Assembly (NCBI GenBank): GCA_048013815.1
Contig: CM106586.1
Coordinates: 7,192,001 to 7,256,000 of the forward strand
Reading direction: 5' to 3'
DNA length: 64,000 nucleotides
From: Setoptus koraiensis
Lineage: Eukaryota; Animalia; Arthropoda
Position numbers and translations under genes: made by a program. The notes under the pieces were generated by a model. It ran no database searches. It was not told the DNA's origin and worked only from the letters and a program-made list of their open reading frames with translations. Shown here one piece after another: positions 37,171 to 50,300 of the stretch. How positions within the stretch are numbered: position 1 is the stretch's first letter; the number at the start of each line of letters is the position of its first letter.

Positions 37171-40100
37171 TTGTTGCTGCTGCTGGAGATGGTGAGATGA
37201 GACGGACGACGACGACGACGGCCACTCTAGCGGCGAACAATGGAACTGAGCGTCGAGGGCGCCGCCGTTGAGACCGCCGTCGGACTGTTGCTGCTGACTA
37301 GACGTTTGCTGCTGGTGCTGCTGCGACAGGCTGCCGCTCACTGGCTGCTGCGGGTTGCCGTGGTGATGGTGGGCCAGGTAGTGGGCCACGGCGGAAGTCG
37401 GTGGTTGGTTTATTTGGTTGATTTGATTGGTGGCGCTGCTGTTGCTGGTGCTGCTGTTGCTGCTGTTGTCAGCCGACAGACCGGCGCCGGAACCGGCCAT
37501 GGCCGCCTGTCCGCCGCTGTCGACGCTCGGGCTACCCATCATGCCCAGGCCGTTGTGCTGGTGCTGCTGCTGGTGCTGCTGGTGATGGTGCTGCTGGTGA
37601 TGGTGATGTAGCTGGTGATGGTGATACTGGTGAACGACGGCCGCGTGATGATAGGGATGGTGGTGATGATGGGGGGCCAGCATCATTACGGCTGCCGAGG
37701 CGGAATGGTGCGGCACTGTGCCGGCGGCGCCGTTGGGCAGTGTCGTTTGCGGCTGGTACGCCGCCGCCTGTTGTAGCGACTGCTGTAATGGAGACGGGCC
37801 GCTGCCGCCGCCGCCCGCACCGCTGCTCGCTGGCCAGGCTGCGGCCACCGCCGAGCTGGCCGGCACGGTCATGTCGTGGTGTGACCGGTGCCCGAGCGAC
37901 GGATACAACACGTTCTGATGGTAGCCAGCCTGCTGCTGCTGATGCTGCTGTTGCTGATCTGTGGGATGCATGCTCATCTGCGGGCTAACTGCGGGCGCCG
38001 CGCTATGATGGGCGCCGTTGGCACCGCTCGACCAGTGGTAGTGGTGATGACCCGACGGGTGGTGATAATGATAGTGATCGACCATGGCTGCCGTTGAACT
38101 GTTGTGCTGGCTGTATGATGATGAGACACTTGAGTGTGGAGCTGCACCGATTTTGCAAAATTCTCTCTTTTCGGTTTATTTGTTTTTTGATGATTTTTAA
38201 ATTGAATAATTAAATCGCCGCTAATAATAATTAAATCGCCGTTAATAATAAGCCGGCAAACAACCGGGCCGAGAGCCACTTGAAACGAATGATCAAGAAT
38301 ACTTAACTTGCTGGTGCAAAAGCGCTAACGCCACTTGCGTCGCCAACACACTTGTCACACCAACTGAGGCCCGCGGGCGACGCGTGCCCGGGCCTATAGG
38401 CCCCGAACGTCGGGCCCGCATATAGATGGCATATAGATCGTTTGCGACTCGATTGTGCGCACTCTCACTGGCACAGGTGAGGCGCGCACTATACCGTCGC
38501 CGGGTGTACCGTGGCGCCTCCATAGCGCCATGATATGGCGCCAACACACAGGCAAACATCCAATAGCAGGTTGGCCGGGTGACGCAACTAACTATTATAA
38601 CTAACTAATATATTGTTTATCTACCTTGTTTGTTGTCTAATAAATGATTACGCAACGCAATGCATTGTTGTTGTTGTTGTTGTTCAACAGGAATCCGCCC
38701 TGGTGGCACAGGAGAACCCGAATGGAGCGCGCCCTTCTGGCTATGGTGGCCGTATTTGTATTGTTATCATTGGCTCTGGTGTCGATGTTGACTACCTTCA
38801 GCTTGATTCCATGTAAGTACAATGCTCATTGATTGTCGCCCGCTGTCACCTGAGCAGCTTGTTGCCGTGAGTTGCGTCGTGCGTTATGCGGCTGCGAGTT
38901 ATGACTTTGAGTTATAGCTGCGAGTTACTACTGTGAGCCATGACTGCGAGTCTCGTTACGTAAGCTATGGCAAGACAAGAGATAGCGAAGCAGAACAGAA
39001 CAGCCAGCGAAAGCGGATAAGTTGAGCCCGAGTGACGAGGCCATGCGAGTTATATGACTTAATTGGCCAGTTTAAACAGAAGAGAACTGTTGTTGTTGTT
39101 GCCGGCGTAGCTGTAGTAGTGGCTGTTATGTAATGGTTGTCGGCGGCACAATGCAAGCCGACAGGAAAGTTGCCACTTAAAGACTGTCGCTCAAGATCCG
39201 CTCTCTCGGCGACTCTCAGCGACTCTCAAGCGATCGATGCCGGCTGTCTTGTGACAGACCCAAACCGAGCACAAAAATGTGTCGTAGCAAACAACAATGG
39301 GCAACCTTGATGACACCGGGCGATCGTTTATTTATTTCAATACTCTCGAATTGTAGATGGAAATAGATGAAAAATCTGGCGAAAATTTAAAAATCTAGCC
39401 TGCGATGGCTTCAGTTCAGCCAGCGACAGTGCAAGTGGCAACAGGATTGAGCTGTCATTGCGCACAAACGTAGCGATGATGAGAGGCTCAAATTAGGGGC
39501 GCATCGTCGATATCAGCAGCCTGCAATGGCCACAATCGCGAACCGTTCGGCGACCATGTTCAAATTAATCAATGGGCGCCGGCCCCACAACAATGTTGCG
39601 CCATCATTAGTGCTAATCAGTGTTTTGTTTGCATCATCGTTTTCATTTTATTCACTATCAATCAACTGCCACCCATCGGCGCATTTTTCATCGCAACCGC
39701 AACCGCAACTGCAACTGCAACTGCACCGCGCATCTCGCCCCAATTCATCGCAATCTGCAAACCATCACAAACTGTCACCATCGACGGTTGCGTCACGTCA
39801 AACTGCCGGCCGCCACCAACCGACCGCGCGCAATGGCACAAATAAAAAAATCACGTCAAACGCGCGTCATGACTACGACGACAACGACAACGACGATGAC
39901 CAATCGCTCAACGACAATTTGCCCGCCTACGTTGAATATCACACGGAATCGGCCAATGGGCACCACCAACAAATGATTGCGCTTGTCGCCGACGGCGAGA
40001 CAGACTTCAAGGCGTCCCTGCTGAACCCGTCCATAGGGGCCATCGCTCCCGTCGCGCAACACTCCACGGCCCCGCAAATACCCGGCACGGATGAGGGCGT

Positions 40101-43100
40101 TTCGAGGCGCGCCAAGGCGCTACGAATCTCAAACGAGCTGCTGGAGGAGCGGCCCGCGGCGAAGAAGCGGCCCGAACAGGACGACGTTTGCACGACGCCT
40201 GGCTGCGTCATAGCGGGTGAGTTCACCAATATTATTCTTAGCAAGCGAAATCTAGCGAGATTCTAGCTGGCATTTTGGCTGGATTTTACCTGTGTTGCTA
40301 GTGCTTGTGGTCAATTGACTAATCAACTGTCGACTCTCGTATACAGCCGCCGAAATACTGAAGAGCATGGACGAAAAAGTGGACCCGTGCGAAGACTTTT
40401 ACCAGGTGAGTTTTCGAGATTCTCGTCACGATGTGACACATGATAAATATATAATTAATAATGAACATGATGCACAACAACCTCATTTGTTTGCCTCACC
40501 TGTCGCGTGCGCAGTACGCGTGCGGTAACTGGATCGAGTCGCAAGTGATACCAGAGGACAGAACGTCGGTGTCGCTATTTTCAATTGTCACCGATGAATT
40601 GGACAATAAATTGCGCAACCTCATCGAGAAGGAGCCGAGCAACATTGACGCTCCCATTGTGGGCAAGATGCGCGCCCTCTATAAGAGCTGCACCAACATA
40701 AGTGAGTGCAAACCAATACCGACCGGCGACGCCGGTTCGACCAATTAACTGACCAACTGATTAACTGACCAACTGATTATCTGACCAGCTGATTAAGTAA
40801 CAAAAAAAATGTGTCTGACATCATCTGTCGCAATTGTTTGTCGGGGGCCATATGGACGACAGCCGATATCGAGAACCGCGGCAACGAGCCCCTGATGGAC
40901 GTCATCAACGCCATGGGCGGCTGGCCCGTCCTGGGCGACAAGAACAAGGTGAAAAGGTGGACCAACGTAACAAGCAATTACCCCGATTATTGGCTAGAGT
41001 TATTGGGCTTACTGAGAAAGCATGGCTTCAGTCATGATATACTCATTGATCTGAGTGTCACGCCGGATTTCCGCAACAACACCAAGCACATCATAGACGT
41101 AAGTTGTTGAAACAGAAGCGCAATTTGCGCCTACCCATCAGCCGGCCGGTCAATCAATTAGCATATTGCAGAGACTTGCTTGCTGTAATGAATTGATAAT
41201 TGATTCTGAACGAATTATAATTCTCTTGATCGACTCACTACTGACCAAAATAATTTGCCTCTCTATTGCGTAGGTGGACCAAGCCTCATTGGGAATGCCT
41301 GACAGGAGCTACTTGCTTAAAGGTGAGCGACGCGCCACATTTGGTCTAGTCCAGGTGTGGGCACCCTGTTGATTGTTTGTTCAGTGCAACTAGTGTAACT
41401 ATTATGTAACTTGTATCCACGACGCTCGCTCGGTTCGGTGTGATGCTAATCAAATGATCGCTCTCTGTCTGTCCAACTCAAATTACTATCAGGCATCAAT
41501 GACAGCGCCGTTGCGGCCTATTTCAAGCTTATGGTGGAGAGCGCCGTCGTACTGGGAGCGGACGAACAAGAAGCCAAAAAACAATTGATGGATGTGCTCC
41601 AGTTCGAAACAAAACTGGCCGAGGTGAGTTGGTATGACCACTTGGTGGCTCGAGCAACATGGCAATAACTTCTCATGACGAGACGCAAGTTAGAAGCTCA
41701 TTAGCTCATCCATCATGAAACAAACAGCTAACTGTATCTCGACTCGCTATGCCGTAATTATGCATGCCACGCCAATGCCATATCTGGCCACAAACTGGCA
41801 ACTGATGGCGTTTACCGCAACTCGTCTTCGGTGTCGACCAATCGCCAATCAAAATTCAATTTGTATCTTGCTTCTTTTCCTCATTATGTAACATTTAACA
41901 TGGGCAGTATTCGCTGGGCCGCGAGGACAGGGCCAACATCAGCTCCTTGTACAACAAGATGAACTACACGCAATTGCAAAATCTTACGCCAGAGGTAACT
42001 ATGACTATAGCCACAGCTACTGATTGTCGCCCATCACTATCAGGGCCTCATAGAGCCACCTTTGTTGAATATGCCGCTGACCTTTTTTGACCTTTCAATA
42101 CCCCGGAATATTCCGAGGTTCGCCCCTTTCTCAATTGACAGATTGATTGGGTGGCCTACTTCAACACGTTGTTGCCGCTCTCCAACGAGACCAACAGTCG
42201 ACCCTACAATCCCGATGTGGACGAAGTGATAGTAGATGTGCCAAGTTTCATGGTGAACGTGAGCAGGCTGCTCAATACAACGGAACCCGCCGTGCTAACC
42301 AACTACGTAATGTGGCGAGTCGTGCTTCAGTCCATATGTGAGTTACCGCGCCTATCCGTGGGCCCCATATCCTCATGCCATTCGCCTGTTATCCCGTACT
42401 GACCACTAAAATATTATTATCACTTATTATCCCAACTATAAACGCTCAATTCGAATTACAACACAAACGCCGAATGCCGAATGCGAACCAATCCAATGAT
42501 ACATTCAATGATGATTCGAATGATGCAGCCACTCTGGGCAAGAAGTGGCGCGAACTGGCCCACAACTATAATGCTGCCATCACTGGAAAGACGCGCGAGG
42601 AGCCCAGATGGGAACAGTGCCTGGGATCGCTCAGTGGCACTTTAGGTATCGCCCTGTCGTCGCTATATGTCAGAAACTACTTCAAAACAGAATCTAAGAA
42701 GGCCGCCGAGGAAATGGTTTACTATATTAGAAAAGAATTCATAAAGATACTAACCGAAGTTGATTGGATGGACGAAGATACGAGAAAAGAGGCCCTGGCC
42801 AAGGCAGAGGCCATCTCCAGCTACATCGGATATCCGGATGAGCTGCTCAACGACAGCCTCATTGAGCAGCTATACGAGGGTCTCGATATTGGCGACAACT
42901 TCTTCACGAACATTCAACATTTGAGACGCTGGTCCACAGACTATTCATTCAATATGTTGACAAAGATAAACGAAAAAATTGATTGGAAAAAACATGCCAG
43001 AGCTGCCACTGTCAACGCTTTCTACAGTTCATTAGATAACTCGATTGAATTTCCGGCAGGCATTCTACAGGGTGGCTTCTATGACAAAACTAGACCAAAT

Positions 43101-43637
43101 TATTTGAATTTCGGTGCCATTGGTTTCATAATTGGACACGAAATTACGCACGGTTTCGATAACAAGGGCAGACAATTCGACAAGGATGGAAACAATAGAA
43201 ACTGGTGGAATAGTGAGACAGATCAACGTTTCAAGGATCGCGCACAATGTATTATAGATCAATACAGCAATTATGTAGAACCCGAGAGCAACATCCGATT
43301 GAGTGGTGTCAACACCCAGGGCGAAAATATAGCCGATAATGGTGGCCTCAAGGAGGCCTTTAGAGCATACAATGAATGGACTAAGAGGAACGGCGAAGAG
43401 CCCAGATTGCCGGGCATAAATTTGACCACGCGACAACTGTTTTGGGTTTCATCGGCCAATGTTTGGTGCGGAAAATTTAGACCGGAAGTTTTGAAACTAC
43501 GCGTAATGGTTGGCTCGCACAGTCCCGCTAGATTCCGTATAATTGGGCCACTTTCAAATTTGAAAGAATTTAGCGATACTTTTAATTGTCCTACCAATTC
43601 TACATTAAATCCAACACACAAGTGTTCTGTTTGGTGA
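29568..43637 (+). CDS. Nep2: Neprilysin (M13 zinc metallopeptidase), Nep2-like type II membrane protein, ~820 aa. Exons: 29568-29641 (candidate first; alternative 38535-38569), 38691-38812, 40004-40216 (5' boundary uncertain), 40347-40405, 40515-40701, 40863-41098, 41274-41322, 41493-41623, 41908-41994, 42142-42337, 42529-43637
   Basis: Motifs [16 protein letters not shown] plus TM (exon 38691), [16 protein letters not shown]|YACG, GGWPVL, VNAFY, HEITH (HExxH), GENIADNGG and terminal CSVW. Every junction from 40216 onward is GT-AG with matching phases; the full model sums to 2463 nt = 821 codons. The catalytic core is near-certain; the first exon and exon-3 acceptor are inferred, and the Nep2 orthology is tentative. 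Confidence 0.9.
35145..35334. repeat. Minisatellite, 33-bp unit GAAAGCGAGATGTCAGAGCACGAGCGGCGCAGG, ~5.7 copies
   Basis: Units start at 35158, 35191, 35224, 35257 and 35290; ~250 bp beyond the Iroquois stop codon. Confidence 0.95.
35590..38085 (-). CDS. Iroquois-class TALE homeodomain transcription factor (araucan/caupolican/mirror family), single 831-aa ORF with poly-His/Gln/Ala tracts
   Basis: Homeodomain [64 protein letters not shown] at ~36597-36409 is diagnostic of Irx. The specific paralog cannot be assigned. Confidence 0.95.
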
Positions 43638-43882
43638 TCTCAATCTCTTTGGTCAAGCGCCTCAGTTACCAATCAACCTCAATGCCATCAAACTACTAAT
43701 GCCCCGAACACACTTTTTACGCGCTTACGGAACAAGTAGAGGAATTGATTAATCATGCACGATTGAAAATTATATCCATGAGGGTTATATCAACAATTAG
43801 CCTGGGAATCTCTCAAAAAGTTGGACAAAAAGTAGCGAGATTTGAGTCGGGGTTTGCATGTCGACTATGACTGATTTATTTC

Positions 43883-43888
43883 AATAAA
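43883..43888 (+). terminator. Candidate poly(A) signal AATAAA for neprilysin
   Basis: AATAAA ~245 nt after the stop at 43637, within the ~710-bp gap before UTP20. Confidence 0.35.
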
Positions 43889-44350
43889 AATCGTTTATAA
43901 ACAAATGCAAGAACTTCTTCGTTAGTCTATGTCTTACTATAGAAATACAATTGGTAATTATTGCTGCCAATACAGGACCCGCCAACCGTATTTGTTGCCT
44001 GCATCGAGCCGTTGGACAACTAAGGTCTGCTAATTGAAACGTTTTTTTTTGTTTTTGAATTATCCAGATTATCGCAATTACCGGTACTGTTAGTGCGTAG
44101 ACTTTATAGCCGGCCTTTTCTTTTTTTTTTTTCACTTTCGCATGTTCAAATTCCGCGCTGAAAAGCAAGCGCACTCGCCACACTTGTGCCAGCTACCTAA
44201 TCGAACACACGTGTGTTAGTTGGTTTGGGCACCACGTGACAAATATAAATAAATTATTTCAGGTCATTTAATATTAGATAATTTAATTAATTACATTTGC
44301 TTATTTATTTGCATCATCGCGATTAGACAGAACAAGAAATTATCGCCAAA

Positions 44351-47300
44351 ATGATACCGGAGCAAGAGATGTCGTCAACTATCCATGATTATGTGGAAAA
44401 AGTCGTTCTTGGATTCAAAGACAACGACCCTGTTACGCTCGACAATGGTCTGGCTGGTTTGGTTGACATTGTAAGCTCAAATATAAAATTTCCCATTGCC
44501 GCCGACGAGTTGGAGACATTTAAACGTTACATGTTGATCGTTAGACAAGCCGATGGTGAGACCAGGATTAGTGAAATATTCAGCCTTCTGTTACGTCGAA
44601 ATGTCGAGGCTACCATCCAATCTATTGCCACCTCAACGCTTGTGCTCATGTGTCTGCCTCACACTAGACCCATACATGATCTAAATCAAGCGTGGACTGA
44701 TTCGAGCAACTATCTTAAGAGATTATTAGACTCCATCGATGTTGACCAATCATCTGGGCCATCTACTTATGAGATAAACAAACTAAAGTCATTCTCAGCT
44801 TGTCAAGCTATCATCTGTCTAAAACTTCTCAGTTCCGCTGTCCAAGACGGAAAAGACATGTTCGATCAGATGATTCAAGAGTTGGATTTAACAAAGATCA
44901 TCGAGAATGCCCGCCCGTGGGGCATCAACTCATACTCATCAGTCTTCGGCCTTCAGCTTCTTGACTTTGCTATTTCTCTGAGCAACCAGCATGAGGGCTA
45001 CTTCAAATTCAAGGAATCATGCTTGCTTAAGCAACTAGTCGACAACATTGTCAAACCTAATATATCTAGTCCAATAAGTAAGTGCCGTCTGCTTGCATTA
45101 CATATTATGACACAATTGTATCCCAAAGTAGTCACAGACCACACCGAATCCGCCGATCTCAAAAGTTTGTTCCTTTTAGCCTATGAATCAGACAAAATTC
45201 CAGCCACTTATCAGGAGTTTAGAGAAAAATTGCGATTGCTGAGCTATTTAGACAGCTACACAGTTGACCGATATAAGCCGCCAGGTCTAGATGAAGAAAC
45301 CAACGAACTGTTCTCACTATTGACCTTCAGATATCTTCTGTCCATCACATATGTCAATCTCAGCCCTATGTGGAGACCGGTCATAGATCTTATGAAATCC
45401 TACATAGATAATAAAAGATACCAGAGGGCAGTAATGAAAATTTTATTCGATCATCTCCAGGAAACTAATTCTATTATCTACCATGAATCTAATCTGGAGG
45501 ATGAAACAATCACAATCGATTTTTTGAATGGATCACTACCACCTCCTGTTGCAAACGGCATGAACAATCTTGTTAGCTATGTCCTTGATCGTATAGACCC
45601 ATTAAATCATCGCGTCTTAATTTATCAGACAATGTGCCACTTTCCAGATGTGGTAGAGATGATGAATAAAGATTTCATGGATGCGTTTTTCCTCTTCGCT
45701 GACAAGGAGCTGATGAAGCCGCCTTTCCTAGAAAAATTTCGATTTGAAGATTTGAGAAAAAACAAGGTAGCAAAGGAAAGTTCAACAAGTGACCCCGATC
45801 AAAAACTTGACGATGAGACTACGACTACAGATGAAATTGGAGCAGATGAGTTAGAAGAGGCTGATGAGGCCAACGAAGCAAAAGAGCTAGAAGAAGTTGA
45901 TGAATCAGGCGAAATCGACGAAGTAGAATCTAACAACGACGAGGATGAAGACAGTGATGTGATTGACGATGATAGTGATAATCAAGATTCCGAGCCAAAA
46001 CAAAAGAAACTGACATTTGGTAGACGAATGAGCAAAAAAATGCAGACACATAGAACATTTCTGGAGATCATGAAAGTTATGTGGAATTTCAAGAATATCC
46101 GTTGCATGAATAGAGAAGCTGAATTTCGCGACCTCATACTTCAGTTGTTATCAAATAGAGATACTTCAATTCAGTATGCAGCCTTTAGGTGTATACTTGC
46201 TTACAATCACAGTTACATTGAACCATATGTGGCAAAAATTTTCAGAATTTTGAAAGACAGGACATTTGAATCCGAAATAGCAGCCACATCATTCGAGGAT
46301 CAAGGAGAAGTGCCCTCAGGTGAAGAAAGATCTGATCAAGCCATTCAAGATGTCCATCGATCGGAGCTCGTTCCATTGTTGATGCGCATTCTGTATGGGA
46401 AAATGATCGGGAAAGCGGCTCGCAAATCTTCCGGGAGATCAAAATCAGCAATGCGACGATCTAAAGAATTTGTCATAAGATTCATTGCTAAATGCTCAGA
46501 CGCAGAAATTCAGTTTTTCTTGGATCTAGCTTTCGAACCATTCCTAAAGTACACTGGCATAGACTACTCTGAACTTCCGGCGTTCTTACAAGAGAACATG
46601 GATATATCACAGTTCATTCCCAACGGTAAAATGCAGGCAATGCTCGGCACTTTATCAACAGTGATGAAATTGGTTGCCAACATGAGAACCAGCATTCTGC
46701 CATTCACTCTCAAAATCATAAATATAACATCTTTCATGGTTGTACAATTGGTCACAAATGAAGAATATAGTTCAAATCTAACTAAAGGTACCATATATCG
46801 CTTCAAGGTTCGGAGGAGACAATGTTACGACTTAGTTGATGAATTTTTCAAGCAGTTCGTGAACTACGAATTCAGCAAATCTGAAGTCAACATGATTTTC
46901 GATCAATTAGTCTGGCCCATGTTACCCGAACTTGTAGATCAAAGCCATGAAAAACCTACACCATTATTGAGTTTATTTTTGACTTGGTCCAACTACGTCA
47001 GATACTTTCCATTATTGGTGAAGCACCACGAAAATGATCCGAACGAATATCCGTTGAAGAGAGTTATTCAACTCTACTCAGAAAGTAAAACTCAGAGGCC
47101 GGTTTTGACCTGCATTGCGAAGATCTTCGCAAATCTTCTATCTCAAGGCACCGAGGACGATTATGTTGACGATGAACAGTGTATGGACGTTGATCAGGAT
47201 GAGGAAAAGCCCGATGAAGAGGAGTCAATGATAGATATTGATAACAAGATGATACCGACTTATGATAAAGAAGATTTTAAATTCAGCACCGAGAAAATAG

Positions 47301-50300
47301 ACTTCGGTACTACAATTTTGATATCTTCATTCCCGATAATACTAGAGAGACTGCAACAAAATTGTCGCAAGATTGTAGAAGATAAGAATTCAAGTTTTCG
47401 CATGGAGGCCCATGAGTTGAAAGTTCTCTCCTTCATTAGCCGTTTTGTGAAAGATCCAGCTCAAAGTCAAATCAGCGCTAGTCTTCTTTTGACGTCGCTT
47501 AGATCCCTCAGATCGGAAAACTTACAATTGGAGACAACTCGTGCAATACAAGTCCTATTAGAACAGGTACTAACCATCACTGATGAGCATTTTGTTAGAA
47601 ATCTTGCTTCCCTGATTGGTTTCCAAAGAGGACTAAACCAAAGAGAAGAGTTGTGCAGACTACTTCAGATTGTAGGCCAGAAGCGACCTGATTTAGGAGT
47701 CGTTGCTGATATTATTTGGTTGTTTAATACTAGAAGTCAACAGTTTGTCGAAAGTTTAGATATCGAAGCAAGACTTGGTGGTTTCAAGAAGCTATTCACT
47801 TATATTGATTCAATTACTAACACCCAGTTGACAGAGACTATTCTTGATGCCCTTTTATTGATAATTTACCAAATCGTAAACTTTCTCAACAGCGCTGAGC
47901 AACAAGACTTTACGACAAGAGATAATTGTTTAATATTTTTCGAAAAGTTGGCGTTGAGAATGAAGGACACCGAGTGCGATTCACTCTTCCAAACAATTGT
48001 CGTCGATACAATATTAGACCAGTCGATAAAGAAAGGCTTGAGAAACACCAGTGAAACAATCAGACATCTCTACATTGGAATTTTAAGATCCTTTGCCCTA
48101 TGGTGCAATAAAAAGGACGCAACTCTAGCCGAGTTTTACTTATTATGCGACGAAAAGAACGCAGACATGGACTTCTGGATTAACATACGGCACATTCAGT
48201 TGCATAGTAGATCTAAAGCATTGGCTAGGCTCTACGGCAGCGATAAGGATAAAATTTTGTCTTTCAGCCCTAAAACTCTGTCATCGTATGTACTGCCGAT
48301 AGCAACAAGTTTTTTGTTTTCCAAAACTTATACTTCTTTGGGCTCACTTGTGGAAAATTCCATAAAAGTTGTCGGTTTAATTTGCAAAACTTTGAATTGG
48401 AATACATATGAGAAGGTTCTAACTTTCCATCTGGAAAATTTGGTCACGGCAAGCTCTAAGCACCAGAAAACACGTATTAATTTATTAACGGAGATCCTGA
48501 AAAACTTCAATTTCGACTTGACGTCCTGCCCCGAGGCTTGTGCTAATCAAGAAGAAGAGCTCAGAGAAGAGGCTCGCATCGCTAAAAAACAACGAAAAAG
48601 AAACCAATTGCTTGATTCATCTATAAAAGAAACTCAGATACAGTTGAAACAAAAGAAACTCAATCCTTCCTCGGCCAGACATGTATACTTATCTGTGACC
48701 CAGAAGATAATACCGAAACTGAATTCATGCTTGCATGAAGTGACGAGAGCTGAATTTGAGCATGATAAACAAATGAAGGATGAACTTCCTGAGAAAGATG
48801 AGATCAGGCGCATACCGATTGCTTTTGCCATTGTCCAACTACTCAACTTATTACCCGGACGCAGGATATTAATCAGGAATAACCTTCCGTCCATATTTTT
48901 GAAGTTATGCTCATTCCTCAAATCTAAGAGTGAACCAGTTAGACATGCGTCTAGAGTAACCATTACGAAGATAATGCAATTTTTGGGCCCCGACTATTTC
49001 CCTACCTTGCTCAGGGAGCTAAGACAGGCACTGCACAAAGGTTTTCAGATACACGTTTTAAACTTCACCATTCATTCAGTTTTGGACAAACTTACTCTTG
49101 TCTATGGAGATCTTGATGACAAGGCCTGTGACCTGGTCAGTTTATCCTTAGAGGAGGTATTTGGAGACATTTCAGATGATAAAGAGATTGCTCAGATACT
49201 GGCTAAAACAGCGGAGGCCAAAAAAACTAAAGGTTATGATACGCTTATGATAGTAGCTACTGTGATAAGTCATGAAGCTCTGGCAAATGTCATGGTGCCT
49301 ATGAGAGAATTACTAAAAACTACTACGGATGCTAAGAAAGTTTCAAAACTATCTACCTGTCTGAAAAAATTTTTCACTGGTTTGTCGCATAATCAAGAAT
49401 TTCCCCCGGATAAATTACTAACTTTCATCAAGAACAACATACAGGAATCCATACCGTCTCTCAAAGTTGCACAAACTTTGGAGGTTGCCTCAAAACCTGC
49501 TCCAGCTATTAGAGAGGACCGTTACCTTATAGTGGAGGACTTGCCGCGGGATAGGGTAAAAGCCAAAATAAATGAGAGGGGTAATTATCATTTTGTCGTT
49601 GAGAATAGCCTCCGTTTATTGTTGTCATTAATTCAGAAAAATCAGGAACTATTCACCAAGAGAGAAAATCTTTCGAGCGAACTAAATCAGTTTGTCTCAT
49701 TGCTTTCAATTTGCCTGCGAGCTCGCAGCCCAAAAAGTGTAGCACGTGCATTGAAATGTCTTTATTTCATTATCAAGAGTCAAACAATATCCAGCAACGT
49801 CTGTAGCAATATCGTCAAGCGCGTATTTATTCTGCTAAACAAATACAATGGAGTCGGTATGGCTCAGGGTGAGAATCAAGAGATGATTATGATGTGTTTC
49901 AAAACATTGAATCTAATGATGATCAAGACCAAGGAAGTTATCATCACTAGAGATCATCTAAGAGCACTATTATCTTATGTTGATCAGGACATTAATGACA
50001 TGGGACGCCAAGCTACAGCATTCAGAACACTTAAAGCATTGCTGTCAAAGAACTTGAACTGCCCCGAACTTCCAGAGGTTATGTCAAAAGTTTCACGACT
50101 ATTAATTCAATCAGAGGATGCTAATGTCAGAAGGATGTCATCACAAGCTTGGCAAACATACTTATTGAAGTATCCTCATGGGAGAAACCTGCAAAATCTT
50201 TTATTGACTTTCATCAGGCAGCTTGAATACCCATACGTGGAAGGAAGAATTGCCATCTTGACACTACTGAAATCTATAATATCCAATTTTCCGGTCACCA

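Noticed and set aside
42375-42528. N-terminal 51 aa of track ORF 42375-43637
   Set aside because: Lies inside the GT-AG intron 42338-42528; the true exon begins at 42529.
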